From NCBI GenBank assembly GCA_050943935.1, contig JBMNQC010000004.1:107759-171758 (forward strand): a stretch of DNA of 64,000 bases, written 5' to 3'. The notes beneath the pieces are model-generated. The model did no database searches. It worked only from the letters and a program-made list of their open reading frames with translations, and was not told the origin of the DNA. The position numbers were made by a program, and so were the translations under genes. The DNA comes from Candidatus Heteroscillospira sp. GTDB lineage: Bacteria > Bacillota > Clostridia > Oscillospirales > Oscillospiraceae. This document shows, in pieces, positions 48,812-57,324 of the stretch. The number at the start of each line of letters is the position of its first letter. Within the stretch, counting starts at the first letter, position 1.

Positions 48812-49944
48812 CGCACTTCCCTGTTTACCAGCCGCGCGGGCAGCGTCCTGCCCACATACAGCGCTCCCACAGGACAGAATTCCTGGCAGCAGAAGCAGCG
48901 TATACACTTTTTCCGGTCTATGGACGGGCGTCCCCCGCCCATGGCTATGGCCTTGGCGGGGCATATCTCCGCACATTTTCCGCAGCCCACGCATTTGCCC
49001 TTTTCCAGCTCCGGTCGGGTCTGCAGCACCCGGGACATCACCGTGCTGCGCAGTCTGCCCCAGATGCCCCCATGCCCCTCAAAAAGCAGGCCGCCGTCAG
49101 CCGGGAGGACAAAGTCCCTCAGCGGCTCCGGCCGGCCCAGGACGCTGAGCTTATCCGGTATAAGCCCCCGACGCTTCGCCGCAGCCAGCGTGGGCACCGA
49201 ATCCGGTTCAAGACCTATGAGCCTGGCGAGGCACTCGTCCATAGCGTGGGGATTCACCGCCGCGGCCAGATATCCCACATGGCGGGGCGTGCCCGCCGTG
49301 GGCCCGTTGCCCTCCATGGCCTCCACAGCGTCGCATATGGTGAGCACTGGACGGAAATGCCCGCATATATCCACCAGCGCATCGGCAAAATCCTCATGCC
49401 TTGGGAAGCGGAAGTGATACTCGGGCTTTTTAGCCCCGGGTATTGCGCCGAACATATTTTTCACTCCCGCGGTGAGCTTCATCATACCGTGGGTCTTGAG
49501 CTTGCACAGGCTGATAACTGCGTCAGCCTCCTCGAGATAAGCCGTGCAGTCAAATTCCCGGCATTTTTCGCCGTTTTTATCGCTGACGTGCTTTTCGGAA
49601 AAATCCCGGTTCAGCTCAGCGCCGTATTTTTCCGCCTCATACATACCGCACTGGGCGTATACGCGCTCCACCCAGGCGGCATTATATACTCCGCCGGGGG
49701 AATCGCCCACCACCACATCCGCACCCCTCTCTTTTAGTATGGCGCACAGGGCGCAGGCTACCGCCGGATGGGTGGTAACGGCCCTGTCCGGATGGGCGCC
49801 CGACACCAGATTGACCTTTACCGCCACGCGCATCCCCGGCCGAAGCCACGCAAAATCCGTTACGTTTTCCAACGCAAGCCCAAGCTTACGGCGCACAGTA
49901 TCAATATCATAATTCGCGCAAGGTATAAAGGCCGCGTCATACAT
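48808..49944 (-). CDS. DUF362 domain protein with C-terminal 2x[4Fe-4S] ferredoxin domain
   Basis: 378 aa. CVGCGKCAEICP and CIRCFCCQEFCP cluster motifs. Confidence 0.8.
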   Translation of the reverse strand: MYDAAFIPCANYDIDTVRRKLGLALENVTDFAWLRPGMRVAVKVNLVSGAHPDRAVTTHPAVACALCAILKERGADVVVGDSPGGVYNAAWVERVYAQCGMYEAEKYGAELNRDFSEKHVSDKNGEKCREFDCTAYLEEADAVISLCKLKTHGMMKLTAGVKNMFGAIPGAKKPEYHFRFPRHEDFADALVDICGHFRPVLTICDAVEAMEGNGPTAGTPRHVGYLAAAVNPHAMDECLARLIGLEPDSVPTLAAAKRRGLIPDKLSVLGRPEPLRDFVLPADGGLLFEGHGGIWGRLRSTVMSRVLQTRPELEKGKCVGCGKCAEICPAKAIAMGGGRPSIDRKKCIRCFCCQEFCPVGALYVGRTLPARLVNREVR

Positions 49945-50147
49945 GGTTTTTCCCCCAATTGCTGATTTACTGAGTCAGGGTTTATATGTATTAATTATAT
50001 AATTTCTGCCCATCCCGGTCAAGGCGGGCGCATTTTTACAAATAGTCAAAAATTTTTGTTCAATTTATTTTTTCTTTATTCATTTTTTCTTAATATTTCT
50101 TGGTTAGAATAAGCACAATAAAACGATTCCCCAAGGAGGATTTAAAT

Positions 50148-51611
50148 ATGTACGACCCCAATGAAAATCTCAACCATGACGAGAGCTTTGACGAGAGCGC
50201 CGTATCCGATTCCGTAGCCGAGCATGTGGAAAAGCAGCTTGAGCACATGGAGCCTGACCACGACCCCAGCTATGCGGACGCAGGCTATATACTCTCGGAC
50301 GAGGCACCCACCACGCCCCGCCGCTACTATACTCCTCCCGAGCGCGAGGAAAAGCCGAAGCCCGAAAAGTCCGACCGTCCCCGGAAAAAGTCCGGCGCCT
50401 TCGGCAAGGTAATGGCCGGCGTTCTGGCCGGCCTGCTCATGGGCTCAGCCATAGGCGTAGGCGTAATGGGCATGATCAATCCCAAAGAAGCGCCGGAGGC
50501 GGACGTACCGCCCGCAGTTACTGCGGCCCCCACGCCCACCCCCATGCTCACAGTGAGCAGCGGCAGCAGCGACGAGAAATCCGCCACCGACATTTACAGC
50601 ATTGCCACGAGCCAGGTGGTCGGTATCCGCACCGAGATAACCGGCTACAACATCTGGGGCCAGCCCACTACCAACGCCGTGTCCGGCACCGGCTTTATCG
50701 TCTCTGAGAACGGATATATAATCACAAACCATCACGTCATAGAGGACGCCTATGAAGGCGGCTACGATGTGAATGTCATACTCTACAACGGCGACAGCTA
50801 TGTGGCCGAGATAGTGGGCTTCGAAAACAGCGACAGCGACATCGCCGTTCTTAAAATAGACGCCACAGGCCTCACTCCCGCTGCAATAGGTGACAGCAGC
50901 GAGCTGGCTGTGGGCGAGACGGTATACGCCGTGGGCAACCCCCTGGGCGAGCTCACATACACAATGACCCGCGGCATGGTCAGCGCTCTTGACCGCGAGA
51001 TAACCACCGCCTCCTATGACCAGTACGGCAACACCGTAACCAGCACAACCAATATGTTCCAGATAGACGCAGCCGTAAACTCCGGCAACTCCGGCGGCCC
51101 TGTCTACAACAGCCGCGGCGAGGTTGTGGGCGTTGTAACCGCCAAATCCTCTGAGACCGGCACCGAGGGCCTTGGCTTCGCCATCCCCATTAACGACGCC
51201 ATCGATATAGCCAACGACCTTATCACCCAGGGCTATGTCAGCGGCAAGCCCTATATGGGCATAACCGTACAGACCATGCCCCAGAATGTTTCCAGCTACT
51301 ATGGCGTGCCAACCGGCGCCTATGTGTATTATATTGAAAGCGGCAGCTGCGCCGAGAAGGCAGGCCTGCAGCTTGGCGATATTATTACCAGCATGGATGA
51401 CCACACCATTACCGGCACTTCCGACCTGATGGCCGCAAAGAAAAACTACAGCGCCGGCGACATCGTTCAGCTCACCGTATTCCGGGACAGCCAGTCCATT
51501 ACGCTGAGCCTCACCTTTGATGAGGCGCACCCCACTACCGAAACTCAGTCCAGTTCCAACTCCAGCGACTCAAATCCCTTCTTCACCGGCAACGGAGCAA
51601 AAAATTACTAA
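50148..51611 (+). CDS. htrA: HtrA/DegP-family serine protease with PDZ domain
   Basis: Start MYDPNEN after AAGGAGGA. TM segment, then the catalytic triad context HVI...D...GNSGGP, and a PDZ C-terminus. Confidence 0.9.
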   Translation: MYDPNENLNHDESFDESAVSDSVAEHVEKQLEHMEPDHDPSYADAGYILSDEAPTTPRRYYTPPEREEKPKPEKSDRPRKKSGAFGKVMAGVLAGLLMGSAIGVGVMGMINPKEAPEADVPPAVTAAPTPTPMLTVSSGSSDEKSATDIYSIATSQVVGIRTEITGYNIWGQPTTNAVSGTGFIVSENGYIITNHHVIEDAYEGGYDVNVILYNGDSYVAEIVGFENSDSDIAVLKIDATGLTPAAIGDSSELAVGETVYAVGNPLGELTYTMTRGMVSALDREITTASYDQYGNTVTSTTNMFQIDAAVNSGNSGGPVYNSRGEVVGVVTAKSSETGTEGLGFAIPINDAIDIANDLITQGYVSGKPYMGITVQTMPQNVSSYYGVPTGAYVYYIESGSCAEKAGLQLGDIITSMDDHTITGTSDLMAAKKNYSAGDIVQLTVFRDSQSITLSLTFDEAHPTTETQSSSNSSDSNPFFTGNGAKNY

Positions 51612-51680
51612 GGCAAACACTCTCTCCTCTAAACAGCAAAACAGGAAGGCTTTATAAAGCCTTCCTGTTTTACTGTTTTC

Positions 51681-52199
51681 TTACAGCTCTATCTCAAAAA
51701 ACTTCTGCACTTCCGGAATGAGGCCCTCCAGCATCACGGACTGGATGCCCGCTATGCGGAAGCCCAGGCTCAGGTACAGGCCGGTGGCCGGTGAATTGCC
51801 GTCGTCGGTGTCCAGCCGCATAACCCGGCCGCCCCGGCGTCTGGCTTCATCCAGCGCCCAGAGCATCATGCGCTTTCCCGCTCCCCGCCGGGCAAAGCTT
51901 GGAGGCACGCAGAGGGTGTGCACCACAAAAACCTCATCGTCTCCGGCAGGGTATATCCAGTCTATATTCTCATAGCCAACACCCTGCTCCCGGTTCAGGC
52001 GCATACTGGCGCACACCAGCCCGTCCTCCTCAAGGACATACAGATTGCCCGCCTCAAGTTCCCGCTGGGCCAGCTCACGGGTGGGATATACGCCGAGCTG
52101 CCAGTTGGAGTGGCCGCCGTTGGCTTTTTCATAGGTGAGCAGCTCAATATAGCCCTGCTCCACAGCGTCAATATCCGCCGCCTCAGCTTTTCTTATCAA
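51681..52199 (-). CDS. GNAT family N-acetyltransferase
   Basis: 172 aa. ...FARRGAGKRMMLWALDEARRRG...YLSLGF. Confidence 0.8.
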   Translation of the reverse strand: MIRKAEAADIDAVEQGYIELLTYEKANGGHSNWQLGVYPTRELAQRELEAGNLYVLEEDGLVCASMRLNREQGVGYENIDWIYPAGDDEVFVVHTLCVPPSFARRGAGKRMMLWALDEARRRGGRVMRLDTDDGNSPATGLYLSLGFRIAGIQSVMLEGLIPEVQKFFEIEL

Positions 52200-52234
52200 C
52201 GTGAACCACCTCTTTTTTCTCTGAGAATATCATA

Positions 52235-52906
52235 TCAGTCCGGTCTTGTCCAGTACCATTCCGTGCCGTAGCCGGTTTCGTCTATGCCATCCATACTGCA
52301 CAGCGGTATGCGCTGCTTTGCGCCATCCAGCTCCAGCTCCGCGGTGAAGGTCTGAGTCCCGTATATTATGGGTATCTCTGCGCAAAAATAGGCCCCCTCC
52401 TCAAGCAGCTCATACTCTGTGTGCTTCACTCCCGGTGTGCTGTCTACCATAACGCGCACCACAAGCCCCTCCGCTGGCCGCTCCGGCATAAGCTTTACGC
52501 TCCACACCCGCTGATTCTTATCGTTCCAATCCCAGCTTATCTGCACGTCCGCCAGCACTATATCTTCCGGTGGCTGCGCCGTCACAGTCACCGTACGCGG
52601 AAATACCGCGCGGCCCGCAAAAACACCCAGGGCAAAAATCAGCGCGGCGCACAATATGAGCAGGCCGTATCTTTTGCCCGGGGCCGGCGGCGCAGATTTC
52701 TCCTCCGGCTGTTTATCCAGGCAAAGCCAGTCCATGCTCAGCCCCAGCTCCCTGCACAAAGCGGCCAGCTTATCCACATCGGGCCGGGCCTCCCCTGTCT
52801 CCCATTTGCTTACAGCCTGCCGTGACACGCCCAGCCGTGCGGCCAGCTCCTCCTGGGAAAGCCCCGCCTCCCGCCGGGCTTTAAGCAGCTTTTCGCAGAA
52901 TTTCAT
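52235..52906 (-). CDS. XRE-family HTH protein with TM segment and extracytoplasmic domain
   Basis: Start MKFCEKLLKARREAGLSQEELAARLGVSRQAVSKWETGE (52906). Mid-protein TM helix YGLLILCAALIFALGVFA. Confidence 0.75.
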   Translation of the reverse strand: MKFCEKLLKARREAGLSQEELAARLGVSRQAVSKWETGEARPDVDKLAALCRELGLSMDWLCLDKQPEEKSAPPAPGKRYGLLILCAALIFALGVFAGRAVFPRTVTVTAQPPEDIVLADVQISWDWNDKNQRVWSVKLMPERPAEGLVVRVMVDSTPGVKHTEYELLEEGAYFCAEIPIIYGTQTFTAELELDGAKQRIPLCSMDGIDETGYGTEWYWTRPD

Positions 52907-53048
52907 ATCCGCCCTCCTTCGGTTTTTATGTCCCAATAATACCGCAAAATGCGGTTGCGGACAACCATTCGCGGCTGGAAATTCCGCAACGCCGGGTTGC
53001 GTGGAGCCTTCCCGCTCCGCAGCAGACAAAAAAAGTCAAAAAACTGTA

Positions 53049-53077
53049 TTGACAATTTCTGATTTAGGGTGTAAAAT
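53049..53077 (+). promoter_or_regulatory. sigma-A type promoter for the Trp T-box/trpB2 transcript
   Basis: TTGACA (53049-53054), 17-nt spacer, TAAAAT (53072-53077). Confidence 0.7.
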
Positions 53078-53083
53078 GTGCCA

Positions 53084-53380
53084 AACCGTTGAGGAAGAGT
53101 GAGTAGGCTTCATTGTTTTTCTCCAGAGAGTCGCAGATGGTGGAATTGCGATGTAAGGCGTGTTGCTGAATGGACTTCTGAGGGCGAGCAGAAAAATTGT
53201 TTTCGGGAACAATTTAGTATGCGAGACGGAGCATGACTCTCCGTGAACAAAGGTCTGCATATGTTGGTATGCGCAAAGTGGGCGTATTATAAGGATACGT
53301 CAAGCCGGGTGGCACCGCAGGATTGTATTTAACATCCTGTCCCAGCAGATTATTATCTGGGACAGGATGTTTTTGTTTTC
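53084..53380 (+). promoter_or_regulatory. T-box leader, apparent Trp (UGG) specifier
   Basis: AGAGA bulge (CCAGAGAGUC), distal loop GGUGGAA, specifier context GAA-UGG-A (UGG at 53171-53173), T-box CCGGGUGGCACCGCAGG (53305-53321), and a terminator at 53331-53378 (AACATCCTGTCCCAG...CTGGGACAGGATGTTTTT). Confidence 0.85.
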
Positions 53381-53411
53381 TGTCCCGAACATTCAGAAAG
53401 GAGACAGAAAT

Positions 53412-54782
53412 ATGTCTAACGAGAAAATCCCCTACAAAATTTATCTTGACGAGAAGGAGATGCCCAAGGCATGGTACAACCTCCGCGCCGATATGAAAAA
53501 CAAGCCGGCGCCTCTGCTGAATCCCGGCACCCTCCAGCCCATGACGGCCGAAGAGCTCTCGGGCGTGTTCTGCCGGGAGCTTGTAAAGCAGGAGCTTGAC
53601 AACGACACTCCCTACTTTGATATCCCCGAAGATATCAGAAACTTTTACAAGATGTACCGTCCCTCGCCTCTTGTCCGCGCATACTGCCTTGAGGAAAAGC
53701 TGGGTACGCCCGCAAAAATTTACTACAAATTTGAAGGCAACAATACCAGCGGCAGCCACAAGCTGAACTCTGCAATCGCCCAGGCCTATTACGCAAAGCA
53801 TCAGGGCCTGAAGGGCGTTACCACCGAGACCGGAGCCGGACAGTGGGGCACGGCGCTGTCCATGGCCTGCGCCTATCTGGGACTGGACTGCAAGGTATAC
53901 ATGGTAAAATGCTCCTATGAGCAGAAGCCCTTCCGCCGCGAGGTGATGCGCACCTACGGCGCCTCCGTAACCCCTTCCCCGTCCATGGAGACCGAGGTCG
54001 GCAGGAAGATTCTCGCCGAGCATCCGGACACCACCGGCAGCCTTGGCTGCGCCATCTCCGAGGCCGTGGAAAAAGCGGTAAGCTCCGACGGCTACCGTTA
54101 TGTTCTGGGCAGCGTACTCAATCAGGTTCTGCTTCATCAGTCCGTAATCGGACTTGAAGCAAAAGCAGCCATGGACAAATACGGCGTGAAGCCGGATATT
54201 ATAATAGGCTGCGCCGGCGGCGGCTCCAACCTGGGCGGTCTTATAGCTCCTTTTATGGGCCAAAAGCTGAGGGGCGAGGCCGACTACCGCTTCATCGCCG
54301 TTGAGCCGGCATCCTGCCCCAGTCTGACCCGGGGCGTATATGCCTACGATTTCTGCGACACCGGCATGGTCTGCCCGCTGGCAAAGATGTATACCCTCGG
54401 CCACGATTTCATCCCCTCGGCCAACCACGCCGGCGGACTGCGCTATCACGGCATGAGCTCCGTTCTCTCCCAGCTCTATGACGACGGGCTTATGGAGGCC
54501 GTCTCCGTGAAGCAAACCGATGTATTTGAAGCGGCGGAATACTTTGCGAGAGTGGAGGGCATCCTCCCCGCTCCCGAAAGCTCACACGCTATACGGACAG
54601 CCATTGACGAAGCTCTGAAATGCAAGGAGAGCGGAGAGGAAAAGACCATTCTCTTCGGCCTTACCGGCACCGGATATTTCGATATGGTGGCCTACGAAAA
54701 ATTCCACGACGGCCAGATGAGCGACTATATCCCCACAGACAGCGAGCTTGAAAAGTATCGCGATATGCTTCCCAAGGTATAA
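53412..54782 (+). CDS. TrpB-like PLP-dependent enzyme (tryptophan synthase beta, TrpB2 type)
   Basis: Start MSNEKIPYKIYLDEKEMPKAWYN. Long-form TrpB2 N-terminus and PLP-lysine context NTSGSHKLNSA. Confidence 0.85.
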   Translation: MSNEKIPYKIYLDEKEMPKAWYNLRADMKNKPAPLLNPGTLQPMTAEELSGVFCRELVKQELDNDTPYFDIPEDIRNFYKMYRPSPLVRAYCLEEKLGTPAKIYYKFEGNNTSGSHKLNSAIAQAYYAKHQGLKGVTTETGAGQWGTALSMACAYLGLDCKVYMVKCSYEQKPFRREVMRTYGASVTPSPSMETEVGRKILAEHPDTTGSLGCAISEAVEKAVSSDGYRYVLGSVLNQVLLHQSVIGLEAKAAMDKYGVKPDIIIGCAGGGSNLGGLIAPFMGQKLRGEADYRFIAVEPASCPSLTRGVYAYDFCDTGMVCPLAKMYTLGHDFIPSANHAGGLRYHGMSSVLSQLYDDGLMEAVSVKQTDVFEAAEYFARVEGILPAPESSHAIRTAIDEALKCKESGEEKTILFGLTGTGYFDMVAYEKFHDGQMSDYIPTDSELEKYRDMLPKV

Positions 54783-54800
54783 AAATCAAGAGACAAACTG

Positions 54801-54830
54801 AAACGGACACGGTAAATACCGTGTCCGTTT
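54801..54830 (+). terminator. intrinsic terminator after trpB2
   Basis: AAACGGACACGG-TAAATA-CCGTGTCCGTTT. Confidence 0.7.
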
Positions 54831-55017
54831 ACTATATAGTAAAGAAAACGCCGTCGCGAACGATATGACGTCCGCGACGACGTGGAACATCGCAACAGTA
54901 TAGATGCCGCAAGCTTCAGGATTACACCCGAAACCAAATCGCAACCCAGCGCAAGCGGTTGTGATTTGGAAAGGAGGAGCAAGGTAGCGGGCGGATGACG
55001 TCTTTTTTGACAAAAAA

Positions 55018-55049
55018 GACGTCGGAGCAAAGCGGACTTTGCTCCGACG
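55018..55049 (-). terminator. intrinsic terminator after tRNA-Leu
   Basis: Minus strand: ACGTCGGAGCAAAG-loop-CTTTGCTCCGACGTC, followed by TTTTTTG. Confidence 0.7.
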
Positions 55050-55136
55050 TGGTACCGGAGACCGGGTTCGAACCGGCATGGGATTGCTCCCGGCGGATTT
55101 TAAGTCCGCGGCGTCTGCCTATTCCGCCACTCCGGC
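55050..55136 (-). tRNA. tRNA-Leu (anticodon UAA), CCA encoded
   Basis: Minus strand GCCGGAGUGGCGGAAUAGGCAGACGCCGCGGACUUAAAAUCCGCCGGGAGCAAUCCCAUGCCGGUUCGAACCCGGUCUCCGGUACCA. Cloverleaf with long variable arm, anticodon loop CUUAAAA and T-loop UUCGAAC. I read a G1-U72 wobble. Confidence 0.9.
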
Positions 55137-55145
55137 GTTGGTCTT

Positions 55146-55174
55146 ATAATAACACCTATTTAAAACTCCGTCAA
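55146..55174 (-). promoter_or_regulatory. promoter for tRNA-Leu
   Basis: Minus strand: TTGACG (complement of 55169-55174), 17-nt spacer, TATTAT (complement of 55146-55151). Lies 9 nt before the mature 5' end. Confidence 0.6.
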
Positions 55175-55210
55175 GGCACCCCGCAATGAGACGGCGGGGA
55201 ATATTTTTCG

Positions 55211-55239
55211 TTGCAAACGGGCGATTTTTAGAGTAAAAT
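55211..55239 (+). promoter_or_regulatory. promoter for recJ-relA-dtd operon
   Basis: TTGCAA (55211-55216), 17-nt spacer, TAAAAT (55234-55239). Confidence 0.55.
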
Positions 55240-55272
55240 AAACTATTATATATAATATACGGAAAAGAGAGC

Positions 55273-57324
55273 ATGAAGCAGAAAATTAAATGGAACATCC
55301 CTCGGGGGGAAACGGCCATTCCCCGGGAGCTTACAGACGCAGGGCTAAACCCTCTGCTGGCCGCCATGCTGTGCAGCCGGGGTATAACCGGCGCGCAGGA
55401 GGCCCTGGCCTTTATATACGGCGCCAACTGCATTTCCCTGTCCGAAATGGACTTCACGGATCTTGACAAGGCCTGTGACAGAATACGCCTGGCTGTCCGG
55501 AACGGCGAAAAGTGCGCCGTATTCGGCGACTACGATGTGGACGGCATAACCTCTACCTGTTTGATGACGGATTTTCTCCGCAATCACATGGGACTGAACT
55601 GCATCTCCTATATCCCCGACCGTATAGAGGAGGGCTACGGTCTGAACACCGCAGCGGTGAAATCTCTGGCTGAGCAGGGCGTAAAACTCATAGTCACCGT
55701 GGACTGCGGCATAACCGCCATGGAGGAAACGGCCTATGCCAAAAGCCTCGGTGTGGACATGATAATAACAGACCACCACGAGTGTCAGGAGCATCTGCCG
55801 GACGCTGCCGCCGTTGTGGACCCCAAGCGGGACGGCAGCTGTCACGAGGGCCATGCTCTCGCAGGCGTGGGTGTGGCTTTCCGTCTGGCCTGCGCCCTCA
55901 GCGGCGACACTCAGGCCATGCTGAAAGAATATGCCGACCTGGTTGCGGTTGGCACGGTGGCGGATGTTATGCCCCTCACAGGCTTCAACCGCGCCGTTGT
56001 TAAGGCCGGGCTTCGGAAGCTCTCGGACGATCCCCGCCCCGGTATAGGCGCCCTGCTGCACGAGACCGGCATGGACGCCCGCCGGGCCAGCGCCACTACC
56101 GTGGGCTTCACTCTGGCACCACGGCTCAACGCCGCGGGCCGTCTGGGCTGCGCCTGGCGCGCCGCCGAGCTGCTGATGGCCGCGGACTCGGACACCGCCG
56201 CCAGACTGGCCGCCGAGCTGTGTGAGCTCAACCGCTCCCGTCAGGACATGGAGCATGAGATATGGAATCAGGCCCGGGAAATGCTGAAATCTCACCCGGC
56301 CGGAAGGCCCATAGTGCTGGTGGCCGAAAACTGGCATCAGGGCGTGGTGGGCATAGTGGCCTCCCGTCTGGCCGAAACCTATTCCCTGCCCACGGTTATG
56401 ATATGTCTGGACGGCAACAGAGGCAAGGGCTCCTGCCGCAGCTGCGGCAGCTTCAATCTCTTTGACGCTTTGAGCGCCTGTTCCCCTTATCTGGAGAGCT
56501 TCGGCGGTCACGCCCTGGCAGCCGGACTGAACATAAGCCGGGAAAACATACCCGCCTTTGAGCAGGCGCTGGCCGATTACTACAGGGACAATCCCCCTGC
56601 AGAGCCGCCCAGTCTGGAGCTGGACCTGCGTATAGACGACCCCGAGATGCTGAGTATAGACTGCGTTCGCTCTCTGGATATGCTGGAGCCCTGCGGCAAC
56701 GGCAATCCCCGCCCAAGACTGTGCATAGTGAACGCCAGGCTGGACAGCATAATTCCCATGGGAGGAGGCCGGCATCTGCGCCTCGGTATAACCAAGCGCG
56801 GCCAGCGGCTGGAGTGCGTGTTTTTCTCCCACACGGAGAAGGAGCTGGGCCTCAAGGCCGGAGAGCTGGTGGACATCGCCTTTTATCCCCAGATAAATGA
56901 GTACCGCTCCAGAGTCTCCGTTCAGCTGATACTAACGGACATCCGCCCCAGCGACCAGCAAAAGCTGTGCAGCCGCCTGCTGCAAGGCTACGCTCCCGAA
57001 TATGGCGAGGCCGGTGACATATTGCCCGGCCGCCGGGATTTTGCCGCTTGCTGGAGATATTTGGAAAGCCTTGGCGGCCATCTGCGCTGTGCTCAGGGCG
57101 AGATAGACTATGTCCTGCACCCGCTGGGACTGCCGTCGGCCGTACTCTGCGCCGTACTGCGTGTTTTTTCAGAGGTTGGACTTCTCCGCCTGAACATAGA
57201 CGGAGACAAAATAGAAATCACTCAGGCTCACACCCGCGGCAAGGCAGATTTAAACGCCGCGCCTTTTATGAAAACGCTAAGCGCCGCAGCGAACACAGGG
57301 GGTATCAGTTATGGCAATCAGTAA
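55273..57324 (+). CDS. recJ: single-stranded-DNA-specific exonuclease RecJ
   Basis: 683 aa. DHH motifs (VFGDYDVDGITS, ITDHH) and DHHA1 (GGHALAAG). Confidence 0.9.
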   Translation: MKQKIKWNIPRGETAIPRELTDAGLNPLLAAMLCSRGITGAQEALAFIYGANCISLSEMDFTDLDKACDRIRLAVRNGEKCAVFGDYDVDGITSTCLMTDFLRNHMGLNCISYIPDRIEEGYGLNTAAVKSLAEQGVKLIVTVDCGITAMEETAYAKSLGVDMIITDHHECQEHLPDAAAVVDPKRDGSCHEGHALAGVGVAFRLACALSGDTQAMLKEYADLVAVGTVADVMPLTGFNRAVVKAGLRKLSDDPRPGIGALLHETGMDARRASATTVGFTLAPRLNAAGRLGCAWRAAELLMAADSDTAARLAAELCELNRSRQDMEHEIWNQAREMLKSHPAGRPIVLVAENWHQGVVGIVASRLAETYSLPTVMICLDGNRGKGSCRSCGSFNLFDALSACSPYLESFGGHALAAGLNISRENIPAFEQALADYYRDNPPAEPPSLELDLRIDDPEMLSIDCVRSLDMLEPCGNGNPRPRLCIVNARLDSIIPMGGGRHLRLGITKRGQRLECVFFSHTEKELGLKAGELVDIAFYPQINEYRSRVSVQLILTDIRPSDQQKLCSRLLQGYAPEYGEAGDILPGRRDFAACWRYLESLGGHLRCAQGEIDYVLHPLGLPSAVLCAVLRVFSEVGLLRLNIDGDKIEITQAHTRGKADLNAAPFMKTLSAAANTGGISYGNQ

